Numbered from the stretch's first letter, positions 47,021 through 57,247 are shown. The stretch is 64,000 nt of DNA from Desulfomicrobium sp. (GCA_040768745.1 JAXGMI010000001.1:896001-960000); one strand, 5' to 3'. Made by a program: numbers and translations. Notes: generated by a model from the letters alone, not told the origin.

Positions 47021-47779
47021 CTAGGCTCCGTGCACCAGGCTGCAGACCTCTTCCAAGGCCTTGGCCGGATTGTCCTGTTGAAAGATGTTGCGGCCGATGC
47101 ACACTCCTGCCGCGCCAGCGTCCAGTACTTCCCGCACCATGCGCAAAAAGGATCGGAAATCCCCGCTCCTGGGTCCGCCGCCGATGACCACGGGCGCCGG
47201 GCAGGCAGCCACGGCCCGGGCGAAACTCTGCTGGCTGCCGCAGTAGGGAACTTTGATCACGTCCGCACCCAGTTCAGCCCCGATGCGGATGCTGTGTGCC
47301 ACCAGGGCAGGGTCGTTCTCGTTCACGATCTGCCCACCTCGCGCATAGATCATGGCCAGCAGGGGCAAACCCAGCTGGTGGGCATCTTCCACGCAGGCCC
47401 CGAGGTCTGAAAGCATGCGGTCCTCCAGATCGTTGCCGATGTTGATGTGCATGGAAACCATGTCCGCGCCCAGGCGCAGGGCCTCCTGCACCGAGCAGAC
47501 CAGAGCCTTGTTATAGAACGGGAGCCCATGCCGGGTACCGGCTGAAAGGTGAACGATGAGGGCTTGGTCCAGGCGGACCTCCCCGGCATGGGCCATGACC
47601 ATACCCTTGTGCAGGATCACACCCTGTACGGGCAGTCGGCTCAGGCTGCGCAGTAGGCTGCCCAGATCCTCCAGGCCCGGGATGGTCCCTTCGGACAGGC
47701 CGTGGTCCAGCGGCAGGAGGATGGTCCGCTTTGATTCCGGATGAAAGAGGCGGGCTGCCTTGCGCAGGTTTCCTATCAT
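47021..47779 (-). CDS. Class I aldolase, DhnA/LsrF family (ADH synthase-like)
   Basis: PLDHG, ILHKG, EALRLGAD, GAELGADVIKVPY (Schiff-base Lys), GRNIFQ. Confidence 0.88.
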   Translation of the reverse strand: MIGNLRKAARLFHPESKRTILLPLDHGLSEGTIPGLEDLGSLLRSLSRLPVQGVILHKGMVMAHAGEVRLDQALIVHLSAGTRHGLPFYNKALVCSVQEALRLGADMVSMHINIGNDLEDRMLSDLGACVEDAHQLGLPLLAMIYARGGQIVNENDPALVAHSIRIGAELGADVIKVPYCGSQQSFARAVAACPAPVVIGGGPRSGDFRSFLRMVREVLDAGAAGVCIGRNIFQQDNPAKALEEVCSLVHGA

Positions 47780-47796
47780 GGTGTTCTCCTGTTGCG

Positions 47797-49041
47797 TTAC
47801 CGGTCAGACCATAGGCAGCGTCTGCCTTTGACGGTCAGAAAACCGAGGGGAAGGTTGCGGAAATAAAGGGGCCGCTGTTTGGCGTTCCCTTCATAGGGCC
47901 GGCTCTGTCCGGCCAGCAGGGCGTGAACGTCCCTGGGCTCGTCAAGGATCAGGGACTCCGCGTCGGCTGTGGGCGGGACAAAGAGGCGCAGGCCAGGATA
48001 GGGCAGGAGCGCCCCTTTGGCCATCTTGCCCACACCAAAGCCCTGCCAGCGGAGACCGTGCGGGAGAAACGCGGTCTTGTCCACGATCAGGTAGAGCCTG
48101 CCCCCGGTGCCCAGAAAACTGTGTGGGGGCAGCCAAGTGCTGTCCAGTCTGGTCAAGGCGGAAAATTCCTGAGCCGAAAAGGTCTGTCCGGGGAGGCGGA
48201 CAGGATCGGGTTGTTTCTGTTCTCTGACCATGCCTGGCTTGGTCAGGCCGGCCAGGAAAAAGCCTTGGGCCGCACTGCCGGCTCCATCCACCAGCAGGCA
48301 TCCGGGAAGGGACTGAGCGAAGCTGAAGCCGGCGAATGGGGGCAAGGGCAAGGGTAAAAGTCCGAGATGGTCGATGGCGAACCGGACCTGCTCCTCGTTC
48401 TCGCGGACATTGGTGGTGCAGGTCGAATAAATGAGCCTGCCGCCGGGAGCGAGAATCCGGGCCGCCTTGGCCAGCAGGCTGCGCTGAAGGGTTTCCAGCG
48501 GGGCGGTCTTGTCCCCGGCCCAGATCTGGATTGCCCTGGGGTTTTTGTCCAGGGTGCCCCACCCGCTGCAGGGCGCATCGAGCAGGATATTGGGCCAGGA
48601 ATCGTCCCCCAGGGGCAGGTCCTGGCCTTCGTAGCGGCAGGTGATCACGTTGCAGCAGCCCAGGTGGCGCATGTTCACGCGCAGGGTGGCCAGCCGGTCA
48701 GGACTGGGCTCATTGGCCAGAACCAGGCCTGCGGGACCGGTCAGGCTGGAGAGCATGCCGGTCTTGCTGCCCGGGCTCGCGCACATGTCCAGGATCATCT
48801 CTCCCCTGTCCGGGTTCAGGGCCAGGGGCGGAAGCATGGAGGATTTGTCCTGGATGTAGATGTATCCGAACAGGGACGCGATGCTGCGTCCCAGGGGCAG
48901 GGGTTCCGCTGTCAAGGTCCTGGCAAGCGGGGAAAAAGGCTCCTGGTGGAAGCGGAATCCCTCGGCTTCAAGCAGGGTTTCCACGTCCGGGATTTGGTCC
49001 GGTTGGCAGACAAGGCGGAAGGAGCGGGTCGCGTTTTTCAT
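47797..49041 (-). CDS. RsmB/NOP-family RNA m5C methyltransferase (RsmF-like)
   Basis: YIQDKSSM, LDMCASPGSKT, LLDAPCSG, YSTCT...ENE. Confidence 0.92.
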   Translation of the reverse strand: MKNATRSFRLVCQPDQIPDVETLLEAEGFRFHQEPFSPLARTLTAEPLPLGRSIASLFGYIYIQDKSSMLPPLALNPDRGEMILDMCASPGSKTGMLSSLTGPAGLVLANEPSPDRLATLRVNMRHLGCCNVITCRYEGQDLPLGDDSWPNILLDAPCSGWGTLDKNPRAIQIWAGDKTAPLETLQRSLLAKAARILAPGGRLIYSTCTTNVRENEEQVRFAIDHLGLLPLPLPPFAGFSFAQSLPGCLLVDGAGSAAQGFFLAGLTKPGMVREQKQPDPVRLPGQTFSAQEFSALTRLDSTWLPPHSFLGTGGRLYLIVDKTAFLPHGLRWQGFGVGKMAKGALLPYPGLRLFVPPTADAESLILDEPRDVHALLAGQSRPYEGNAKQRPLYFRNLPLGFLTVKGRRCLWSDR

Positions 49042-49114
49042 TCGGCATGAAGTGCAGCTGTTTGACAAGCCCTGCTCTAGCCCTCAAGAAAGGACCTGTC
49101 AAAGCGGAGGCCCC

Positions 49115-50038
49115 ATGCAGTCGATCAGAACGTCCGTGCAGGTGGTGGACGTCGGCCCTGAGGAAGGCGGCCGAAAGCTGCTTTCGTTTCTGGAGGCACG
49201 GCTCGGGCATCTGCCCCCGGCCCTGCTCATGCGTCTGGTGCGCACCGGGCAGGTCCGTATCGACGGCCGTCGGTGCAAGCCCTTTGACCGGGTGCTGAGC
49301 GGCCAGAAAGTGCGTATCCCTCCGGTGTCCGTCCAACAGGACGAAGGGGTTGTGAAGCCCTTGCCGGGACTTGTCCGCGTGCACGAGGATGCGGACATGG
49401 TCGTGGTGGACAAACCAGCCGGCCTGCCGGTCCACCCCGGGACGGGGTGGCGGGATTCCGTATACGACCGGCTCAAGCGCATGTTCGCGGGCCAGGTCTT
49501 TGTCCCGGTGCCTGTGCATCGCCTGGACCGGGACACCTCGGGGCTGCTGCTCTGCGCCAAGACCCATGATTTTCTGCGCGCCATGCATGCGGCCTGGGGT
49601 GCGGTGACCAAGGCCTATCTGTGCTGGGTCGAAGGCAGGTGGGAATCCCGCGGCTGGCAAACCATGGCCTCGGACCTGGGCAAGGCCGGAGTCCCAGGCC
49701 GGGAGCGCATGGTTCCTGGCCAAGGTAAACGGGCCGTGACCCATGTCCATACCCTGCACGCCGGCAGGAAAATGAGCCTCCTTCTGGTCGTGCTTGGCAC
49801 GGGCCGGACCCACCAGATCCGGGTCCATCTGGCCGAAAGGGGGCATCCCATTGTGGGGGATCCCAAGTACGGCCACGGCCAGGGGCTGCTCCTGCATGCC
49901 GCTCTGCTGGCCTGGAGCGGACACCGCTTTTTTCTGCTTCCCCCCTGGCTTGGCGATTTTCAACCTGAAGCCGGTCTTGCCCAGGCGGTCAGCGATATTC
50001 TTGCCATTGCCCCCGCCAAGGAGAGGGGGGCCCTATGA
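49115..50038 (+). CDS. RluA-family pseudouridine synthase
   Basis: S4-like N-terminus, KPAGLPVHPG, HRLDRDTSG, TGRTHQIRVHL, GDPKYG. Confidence 0.93.
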   Translation: MQSIRTSVQVVDVGPEEGGRKLLSFLEARLGHLPPALLMRLVRTGQVRIDGRRCKPFDRVLSGQKVRIPPVSVQQDEGVVKPLPGLVRVHEDADMVVVDKPAGLPVHPGTGWRDSVYDRLKRMFAGQVFVPVPVHRLDRDTSGLLLCAKTHDFLRAMHAAWGAVTKAYLCWVEGRWESRGWQTMASDLGKAGVPGRERMVPGQGKRAVTHVHTLHAGRKMSLLLVVLGTGRTHQIRVHLAERGHPIVGDPKYGHGQGLLLHAALLAWSGHRFFLLPPWLGDFQPEAGLAQAVSDILAIAPAKERGAL

Positions 50039-51591
50039 CCGAACAGCGCAACGCATTCGTGTATTGGACCGTCGGCATCCTGCTCGTGTGCCTGACCACC
50101 TGGATCAGATACTGGTTCGTGGCCTCTGGCCAGCTCAATCTTGCCCCGGACGAGGCCCAGTACTGGGACTGGAGCCGAACCCTGCAGTGGTCCTACTATT
50201 CCAAGGGGCCTCTCATCGCGTTCATCAACCGCCTGGGGACCATGGCCTTCGGCCCCACGGAACTGGGTGTACGCAGCGGGGCCATTGTTGGCTCGGCCAT
50301 CATGCAGCTGGCCGTTCTGGGCTGGGTCGGCGGGTTCATGGGCCGCATCCGTACGGCTTTCTGGACCCTGGTGATTCTCAACACGACCCTGCTTTTCATG
50401 GCCGGGGGCCTGCTCATGACCACGGACAACCCGCTGCTGGTCTGCTGGATCTTGGGCATGGTCTGCCTGCACGTGGCCATGGAAAAAAACAGCCTACCCG
50501 CTTTCGTGGTCCTGGGATTGTGCTTGGCCCTGGGGATCATGGCCAAGTACACCATGCTCCTTTTCCTTCCCCTGGCCGTGGTGGCCAGTCTGTGGATCGG
50601 CCGCACCCACACCCTGGGCGAGGGCTACTGGCCCAGGCTGTTGAAGGCACTGGGCATCGGCGGGCTACTCGGGGTTTTGCCCATCGTGGTATGGAACGCG
50701 ACCCATGGCTGGGTCGGGATAAAGCACGTCCTTTACCGTGGAGCCATGGCCGGGGATAAAGCCCAGGTGTTTTTCCGGGTCGATAAATTTCCCGAATACC
50801 TGGCCAGCCAGATCGGCGTCCTCACGCCATGGTGGTTTCTGTTCCTGATCCTGGGAGCGTGGGCCGTGGTGCGCCGGCTTCTGGCCCGCAACGGGCACGG
50901 GGAAGCCTATGGCCTGGACCGCAAGGTGGGCATTATCCTGACCGTCTTTTTCTGGCCGGTGTGGCTTTTTTTCCTGTTCTGGAGTCTGCACACCAAGGTC
51001 GAGGCCAACTGGTCGGCCACGGCCTATCCGGCCGGGATCCTCCTTGCAGCCCTGGCCGTGGAGGCCTTCATGCGCCGGGAGCCGAGGTCGAGATGGCGCT
51101 GGACCTGGCCCACCCTGGGCGCGGCGGTTTTTCTGCTTCTGCACATGGTTGCCTTCATCCCCGTGGACAGCCCCAAAAACCCTGTGCACCGGCTGCTGGG
51201 ATGGGCAGATCTGGGGCAGCAGGTCCACCATGCGTCCACTGAGATGGGTGATCCTGACACGATTTTTGTCTTTGGGACGGAATACGGATTCACGGCGGAA
51301 CTGTCCTTCTACGTCCCGGGGCAGCGACGGGCCTACTGTCTGGCAGGAGGCCGGAAGATGAACCAGTACGATTTGTGGCCCGGTCCGGGGCCGGAGTACA
51401 CAGGGGCGATTCTGGTGGCCAAAGGGGAGAAGGGGGAGGTTTCGGAGCGGGTCAGGGAACTGTTCGAGAGCGTGGATGGGCCCCGGATCGTCACGACGCG
51501 CCACGGCCTCCGGCTCGGCCAGACATTCACCCTGTTCCTGTGCCGGGGGTACAAGGGGATATGGCCGGCGCAGGAAGGCTCGACGTTTTGA
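50035..51591 (+). CDS. ArnT/PMT-like GT-C membrane glycosyltransferase
   Basis: DEAQYWDWS...YYSKGP, TTDNPL, AKYT, many TM segments. Confidence 0.88.
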   Translation: MTEQRNAFVYWTVGILLVCLTTWIRYWFVASGQLNLAPDEAQYWDWSRTLQWSYYSKGPLIAFINRLGTMAFGPTELGVRSGAIVGSAIMQLAVLGWVGGFMGRIRTAFWTLVILNTTLLFMAGGLLMTTDNPLLVCWILGMVCLHVAMEKNSLPAFVVLGLCLALGIMAKYTMLLFLPLAVVASLWIGRTHTLGEGYWPRLLKALGIGGLLGVLPIVVWNATHGWVGIKHVLYRGAMAGDKAQVFFRVDKFPEYLASQIGVLTPWWFLFLILGAWAVVRRLLARNGHGEAYGLDRKVGIILTVFFWPVWLFFLFWSLHTKVEANWSATAYPAGILLAALAVEAFMRREPRSRWRWTWPTLGAAVFLLLHMVAFIPVDSPKNPVHRLLGWADLGQQVHHASTEMGDPDTIFVFGTEYGFTAELSFYVPGQRRAYCLAGGRKMNQYDLWPGPGPEYTGAILVAKGEKGEVSERVRELFESVDGPRIVTTRHGLRLGQTFTLFLCRGYKGIWPAQEGSTF

Positions 51592-51681
51592 TGTCCGGTC
51601 CCGGCGGAAGGTGACCTCGCCGGTGCACAGCATCCTGAAAAGGGGGTACGCCTTCGGTCCGCCCGTGTTCTGGATGAGGGA

Positions 51682-52479
51682 TTATTTGTCGGGAAAATCC
51701 AGATTCAGTTCCGGATGGTTCCGCAGATAGGACAGGATGGTCCGGAAGTCGGTCTCGGTGTGTGGCTCGAACGTGGCGGTGATAGGAGTGTCACTGCTTT
51801 TCAGCCAGGCCCACAGTAAATCCCAGGGAATATTCCCCTGGCCCAATCCGAGGTGCTGATCCGCGCTGCCATCGTTGTCATGCAGGTGCAGATGGCTGAT
51901 CAATCCGCCCAGGGTGTCCAGCCACAAGCCAAGATCACCGCGTTCGTAACCCCTGGCAAAACTGTGCCAGTGTCCCACGTCCAGACACATGCGTGCCCGG
52001 CCGCCCAGGGCGCGCAGAACTTCCACGTGGTGCCTGGGCGTGTCCTCGTACACATTCTCCAGGAACAAGGGTACGTCACCGGTGTGATCGAGAATACGGT
52101 TCCAGGTCTCTACGACACGGGAGCGCCATGCGTCCTGATGGCGGCCGTACGTGCCATGCCGGTAGTCCAGGTGGGCGACGTAGTGGGCCGGAGCATAAGT
52201 TTGGGCCACGTCCACGGCCTGCAGAAGACGTTCGACGCAGACATGCCTGGCCAGACGGTCCAGGCTGCCTGGGTGGATGTCGAAAAAGGGCAGGTGCACG
52301 GCGCAGGTCAGTCCGGCCTCATGGAAGACCCGGGCCTGCTCCCGGTGCCAGGCCGGGGAGCAGCAATCGAGGACCTGGGCGTCCAGACCCAGTTCGGGGT
52401 TGAGTCCCCGGGCCAGGAAAAGTTCCACATGCTCGGGGCGCTCGGTGACATGGCGCAGAGGCAGGTTGACGAAGGTCAT
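51682..52479 (-). CDS. Sugar phosphate isomerase/epimerase (AP endonuclease 2 TIM barrel) family
   Basis: HLPF.D, LENVYE, CLDVGH, HLHLHDNDG..DQH, TFEPH. Confidence 0.88.
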   Translation of the reverse strand: MTFVNLPLRHVTERPEHVELFLARGLNPELGLDAQVLDCCSPAWHREQARVFHEAGLTCAVHLPFFDIHPGSLDRLARHVCVERLLQAVDVAQTYAPAHYVAHLDYRHGTYGRHQDAWRSRVVETWNRILDHTGDVPLFLENVYEDTPRHHVEVLRALGGRARMCLDVGHWHSFARGYERGDLGLWLDTLGGLISHLHLHDNDGSADQHLGLGQGNIPWDLLWAWLKSSDTPITATFEPHTETDFRTILSYLRNHPELNLDFPDK

Positions 52480-52510
52480 GGCAAAGGAGGTGGAAAGAGG
52501 CCTGGGCCTC

Positions 52511-53074
52511 CTAGCTTTTGCCCGCTTCAAGCAGTTCGTTGCGGGTGAAGATGCTCTGCAGTTCGAACCCGGCCTGGGCCAAATTTTCACGGCCCCCCTG
52601 TTCCCGGTCCAGCACGGCCATGATGGCCACGATGTTCAGACCCTGCTCGCGCACCCGGTCCACGGCCTTCAGGAGGGTGCCACCGGTGGTGATGACGTCC
52701 TCCAGGAGACAGACGTTCTGACCGGGCTCGAAGTTTTTCAGACCCTCCAGATACTGGTTGGTCCCATGTCCCTTGGATTTCTTGCGGATAATGAACCCGG
52801 GCAGGGGGTAACCTTCCAGGTAGGAGACCACAGTCACAGCCGAAACCAGGGGGTCAGCGCCCAGGGTCATGCCGCCCACGCCCTGGATGCCACCCTTGGA
52901 GCGAATCATGTCCAGAAAGAACTTGCCGATGAGCCACGCCCCTTCGGGATGCAGGGCCGTGTGCTTGCAGTCGAAATAGTAGTCGCTCTTTTTTCCCGAG
53001 GTCAGGGTGAAATTGCCCTCCAGATAGGATTTCTCAAGGAGCAGGCGGGCCAGTCGTTTCTTCAGTTCAAGCAT
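52511..53074 (-). CDS. pyrE: Orotate phosphoribosyltransferase
   Basis: FTLTSGKKSDYYFD, RKKSKGHGT, LEDVITTGGT. Confidence 0.96.
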   Translation of the reverse strand: MLELKKRLARLLLEKSYLEGNFTLTSGKKSDYYFDCKHTALHPEGAWLIGKFFLDMIRSKGGIQGVGGMTLGADPLVSAVTVVSYLEGYPLPGFIIRKKSKGHGTNQYLEGLKNFEPGQNVCLLEDVITTGGTLLKAVDRVREQGLNIVAIMAVLDREQGGRENLAQAGFELQSIFTRNELLEAGKS

Positions 53075-54377
53075 TGTTTGTCCTCTGCGCAAAGACGCGG
53101 CTGAATATGGTCTGTTCGTGCCGCAGGTAGTAATTCACGTCAAAAGCCTGATCCAGGCGAGTCGGGGTCAGGTGTGCGGTGATCCCGGCATCGGCGCGCA
53201 CGGCCGCCTCGAAGGAGGTCCGCTCCCGCCAGCAGCGCATGGCCACACCCTGGACCAGCTCGTAGGCCTTCTGCCGCTCCAGGCCGCTTTCCACCAGGGC
53301 CAGGAGCACCCGCTGGGAGAAAAAGAGGCCATAGGAGCCCATCAGGTTGCGCTCCATGTTCTCGGGAATGATGCGCAGGTTTTTCAAGAGCCCGTTCAGG
53401 CGGTGGAGCATGTAGTTCACCAGGATGGTGGAGTCGGGCATGATCACTCGCTCTACCGAGGAATGGCTGATGTCCCGTTCGTGCCACAGGGCCATGTTCT
53501 CCATTGCCGCCAGGGCGTTGCTGCGCACCAGGCGGGAGAGGCCGGTCAGGTTTTCGGCGGAAATGGGATTCTTCTTGTGGGGCATGGCCGAGGATCCTTT
53601 CTGGCCCTTGCCGAAACCTTCCTCCACCTCCAGCACTTCGGTCCGCTGCAGATGCCTGAGCTCCACGCAGATCCGCTCCACCCCGCCGGCGATGAGGGCC
53701 AAGGCCGTGAAGTACTGGGCATAGCGGTCGCGCTGGATGACCTGGGTGGAGATGGGATCCACATTGAGGCCCAGGATGGTCAGGGCCCGTTCCTCCAGCT
53801 CGGGTTCCAACTGGGCGTAGGTGCCCACTGCCCCGGAAATCTTGCCGAAACGGATGTTCTCCAGGGCAGAGGCCCAGCGCTGCCGATGGCGCTGGAATTC
53901 GGCGTGGAACACGGCCATCTTCAGGCCAAAGCTGGTGGGCTCGGCGTGGATGCCGTGGGTACGGCCCATGCACAGTCGGCCGGCGTGGGCTCGGGCCATG
54001 GATTCCAGTGTATCCAGGATGCGGTCCACATCGGCCAGGATGATCCTGCCGGCCCTGGTCAGGAGCACGGCGTTGGCCGTGTCCACGATGTCCGAGGACG
54101 TGCAACCCAGATGGATGAAGCGGGACGAGGGGCCGACCTTTTCCTCCACGGCAGACAGGAAGGCGATGACGTCGTGCTTGGTGGTCTCTTCCAGCTCCAG
54201 GATGCGGTCCAGGTCGAAGTCCGCCCTCTCCCGGATGACAGCCATGTCCTCGGCCGGAATGACCCCCATGGCATGCCAGCCCTCGCAGATGGCCAGCTCA
54301 ACTTCGAGCCAGACCCGGAATTTGCGCTCCAGGGTCCAGATTTCGCCCATTTCCTTGCGTGTGTAGCGGTCGATCAT
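53067..54377 (-). CDS. purB: Adenylosuccinate lyase
   Basis: MIDRY, HDVIAF, GRTHGIHAEP, GSSAMPHKKNP, WHERDISHSS. Confidence 0.97.
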   Translation of the reverse strand: MIDRYTRKEMGEIWTLERKFRVWLEVELAICEGWHAMGVIPAEDMAVIRERADFDLDRILELEETTKHDVIAFLSAVEEKVGPSSRFIHLGCTSSDIVDTANAVLLTRAGRIILADVDRILDTLESMARAHAGRLCMGRTHGIHAEPTSFGLKMAVFHAEFQRHRQRWASALENIRFGKISGAVGTYAQLEPELEERALTILGLNVDPISTQVIQRDRYAQYFTALALIAGGVERICVELRHLQRTEVLEVEEGFGKGQKGSSAMPHKKNPISAENLTGLSRLVRSNALAAMENMALWHERDISHSSVERVIMPDSTILVNYMLHRLNGLLKNLRIIPENMERNLMGSYGLFFSQRVLLALVESGLERQKAYELVQGVAMRCWRERTSFEAAVRADAGITAHLTPTRLDQAFDVNYYLRHEQTIFSRVFAQRTNNA

Positions 54378-54455
54378 GATGGATTGTGGTGGTTGATGTT
54401 TGCATTCCGCCCGTGCAGGGGCCGGAAATGAAAAAGGCAGCCGGAGCTGCCTTGG

Positions 54456-54719
54456 TCAGGATGCCGAGGAGGATGCTGTGTCCGGGGCTGGGGCCGGGGA
54501 CGTGGAACAGGCGGTGTCCTTTTTGCCGTTTCCTCCGGCCTCCTTGGAGTACCCGGAAGCAAACCATCCTCCACCCTTGAGCACAAAGGACGTATTGGAG
54601 ATAAGCCTCTGAGCCGTGCCGCCGCAAACAGGACAGGTCTTTCCCTTGTCCTGGAAATCTTTCTGCCATTCCTCGAAAATCTGACGGCAGTCCTCACAGC
54701 AGTATTCGTAGATGGGCAT
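54456..54719 (-). CDS. FmdB-family zinc-ribbon protein
   Basis: MPIYEY.C..C...CPVCG...F.LKGGGWF...Y; GGAGG RBS. Confidence 0.9.
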   Translation of the reverse strand: MPIYEYCCEDCRQIFEEWQKDFQDKGKTCPVCGGTAQRLISNTSFVLKGGGWFASGYSKEAGGNGKKDTACSTSPAPAPDTASSSAS

Positions 54720-54739
54720 GAGTACCTCCGTATCCAGGC

Positions 54740-54853
54740 CTATTTGTTCTTGGCGGCTGCCTTGGCTTCACGGATGCGTTCTTTAAGACGCTCTTCCCGG
54801 CGTTTGCGGCGGCGATCCAGTTCTTTTTTGCGTTCGATTTTCTTGTGAGCCAT
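54740..54853 (-). CDS. Small basic protein (37 aa)
   Basis: MAHKKIERKKELDRRRKRREERLKERIREAKAAAKNK with a strong GGAGG RBS; below the ORF-track length cutoff. Confidence 0.7.
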   Translation of the reverse strand: MAHKKIERKKELDRRRKRREERLKERIREAKAAAKNK

Positions 54854-54961
54854 GTATACAATCCTCCGCTGGGATAAATTTGGTCAACCGAATTGAAGAC
54901 TGGGCTCTTATAATAAGCCTTGCCCCTTTGTCCAGTCCCAACAGTTATATGTTTTAGCGGA

Positions 54962-56071
54962 TCATACCGGCTGCAACTCGTATTTTCGTTGACCCAGTCC
55001 CAGACTCTGGGCGTAGTCGAGCAGATACTCCCCGCGTACATGGCCATGGATGGCCTGGAACTTGTCCTGCCCGGGTTGAATGTCTGCCGGCAGGAGGCTG
55101 GGATGCAGGGGCTGGGCCGCGTTGACCAAGTCCAGACAGGCCTGGTCCAGGGCCACGGGATCCCATGAAGCCAGAAGGCCAAGGTCCGGACAGATGGGGG
55201 CGTCGGAAAAACCCATGCAATCGCAGCCCGGAGTGACCTGCTGGACAAAGGTCAGGTGAAAGGAGGGCCTGGTTCGGGTAAGCAGGGCCGCGGCCGCGTA
55301 TTCCGTCATGCGTTCCAGGAAGGTGTGCACGTCCACCCGCCAGTCCACTTCCAACCCTCCTGACTTGCAGACCAAAAAGCAGGCCGCACAGCCCGCGCAC
55401 TTATCCCGGTCGATCCGGATTTTTTTGTTCAGGTCCAACTGCAGGGCGCCGTGGCTGCAGACTTCCACGCACTGGGCACAGCCCACGCAGTGTTCCGGGT
55501 GGATGGCCGGGCCCAGGCCGCAGTGCTGCTGCATCTTCCCCTTGCGGGTGGCGCAGCCCATGCCCACGTTCTTGATGGCCCCGCCGAATCCTGCCAGTTC
55601 GTGACCTTTGAAGTGACTGACTGTGACCAGCATGTCCGAGTCCACGATATCCCCGCCAAGATAGGCCAACTCGAAATGCTTGCCAGGGCAAGGGACGGCC
55701 CGCTCATTGCCGCTTTTGAGTCCATCGGCGATAATGACCGGAGCACCCAGGACATTGGGATCGAAAAAATGGGCCGCGGCCTGCAGGGTGTGGGAGACGG
55801 ATTCCCCCCGTTGTCCGACATAGAGGGTGTTGGTGTCAGTCAGGAAGGGCTTGGCTCCGCATTTGCGCAGGAAGGTCAAAAGCGGCACCAGCAGCAGTGG
55901 CCGGATATGCCCGGTTCCGCCACCCTCTCCGAAATGAAGCTTCACCGCGGTCAGATCTCCGGACCGCACCTCCCCCCCCAAGCCGGACAGTTTGAGCAGA
56001 CGCTTGACCTTGGCCTCAAAGGGAGCCTTGCGCGAGGCGCGCAGGTTCCAGAAATAGACGATTTGGGGCAT
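54962..56071 (-). CDS. DUF362 domain Fe-S protein with 2x[4Fe-4S]
   Basis: KLHFGE.G, TDTNTLY, SHFKGH...FGGAIKN, CVGCAQC...C, CAGCAAC...C, DPVALD. Confidence 0.88.
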   Translation of the reverse strand: MPQIVYFWNLRASRKAPFEAKVKRLLKLSGLGGEVRSGDLTAVKLHFGEGGGTGHIRPLLLVPLLTFLRKCGAKPFLTDTNTLYVGQRGESVSHTLQAAAHFFDPNVLGAPVIIADGLKSGNERAVPCPGKHFELAYLGGDIVDSDMLVTVSHFKGHELAGFGGAIKNVGMGCATRKGKMQQHCGLGPAIHPEHCVGCAQCVEVCSHGALQLDLNKKIRIDRDKCAGCAACFLVCKSGGLEVDWRVDVHTFLERMTEYAAAALLTRTRPSFHLTFVQQVTPGCDCMGFSDAPICPDLGLLASWDPVALDQACLDLVNAAQPLHPSLLPADIQPGQDKFQAIHGHVRGEYLLDYAQSLGLGQRKYELQPV

Positions 56072-56074
56072 GGG

Positions 56075-57247
56075 TTACCTCGCAGGGATGGGTTCCTGGG
56101 CCTCGGTTAGCAGAAACCGGCCCTCCTGGATCCAACGCTTGAGCTCCTCGGCCACCTCCAAGGACAGGGTGTAGCTGGTCAACGGGGTGGTCGGCACATC
56201 CTTGCCGTCGATGGTGATGACGCCCTTCTTGAGTTGGGCGAAAGAGACATGCCCATACTGGCTTGGAAGTCCATTGGGATAGTCTTCGCCGTAATCGACG
56301 ATGGGTACCAGGATGTCCTCATCGGCCACCCCTGTATACCATGCCATCTCCTCGTTCAGGATGGGGATGGGGATGCCCAGGCCCACGGCCAGGGAACAGC
56401 CATAGCCGACGATGCTCACCCCTCGCAGATACCGGGCCTGCATGCCCTTGAGATCTCCCTTGACCATGAGCGTGCCCGACGGGGTCAGCGGCAGACCACG
56501 CTCTGTCCTGCGTGGCTCGGCCACGTGTTGAGTCCCTTCGCCGATCACGTAGCCCACGCCGCCCCCCAGAAAGATGCGGGTGCCAAGGCCGATGGTCATG
56601 AAATAAGGGTCATTCAACAGAGGGCTCAATTCCCCGGCCGTGGCGTAATTGGCATTGCCCATGTTGGATTTGAGGGGGCCCATGTAGGTGTATTTGCGCG
56701 TACCTGTCCGGTTAATGGCGCAGTTGTAGTTCTGGTAGCAGTTGCGTGGATTGAGCAGGATGGCGTTGCGAAGTTCGGCCAGGGAGAGGTTCTTTTCGAT
56801 GGTCTTGCGCGGATAGCAGTCCGTCCCATAGGCTTCAGCCTTCAAATGCACACGCTTCCCCTTGACCAGGTCCTCGATGACGTGACCTCCGCCGTATTTG
56901 AACTGGCCCGGGTAAACCTTGTTCAGCGGATCCTCCTCAGAGGGCTCGGTGGCGCCGATGTAGGAGTCCACGGCCGCCAGGCCGGCATAACAGGGCACGC
57001 CGTTGAGCCAGACCTTGGCCGTCTTGATGGTTGGCGGCTGCTGGCCGATGTTGAACAGGAGACCTGAGGAGCACATGGGAGAGAATGTCCCGGTCGTGAC
57101 TACGTCGACTTTGCGGGCTGCCTTGACCTTGCCCTCCTTGCGAACTAGACTGGTCATTTCACTGGCGTTGAGGACGACCGCTTTTCCTTGCCGGATTTTT
57201 TCGTTGATTTCGGCGATGGTTCTGTGGACTTCGAATGGGGTGCTCAT
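56075..57247 (-). CDS. DUF39-family homocysteine biosynthesis protein (aspartate-semialdehyde sulfurtransferase-like)
   Basis: RTIAEINEKI..GKAVV, VDVVTTGTFSPMCSSG, YGGGHVIEDL, NPRNCYQNY, LSPLLNDP...TIG.GTRIFLGG. Confidence 0.82.
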   Translation of the reverse strand: MSTPFEVHRTIAEINEKIRQGKAVVLNASEMTSLVRKEGKVKAARKVDVVTTGTFSPMCSSGLLFNIGQQPPTIKTAKVWLNGVPCYAGLAAVDSYIGATEPSEEDPLNKVYPGQFKYGGGHVIEDLVKGKRVHLKAEAYGTDCYPRKTIEKNLSLAELRNAILLNPRNCYQNYNCAINRTGTRKYTYMGPLKSNMGNANYATAGELSPLLNDPYFMTIGLGTRIFLGGGVGYVIGEGTQHVAEPRRTERGLPLTPSGTLMVKGDLKGMQARYLRGVSIVGYGCSLAVGLGIPIPILNEEMAWYTGVADEDILVPIVDYGEDYPNGLPSQYGHVSFAQLKKGVITIDGKDVPTTPLTSYTLSLEVAEELKRWIQEGRFLLTEAQEPIPAR

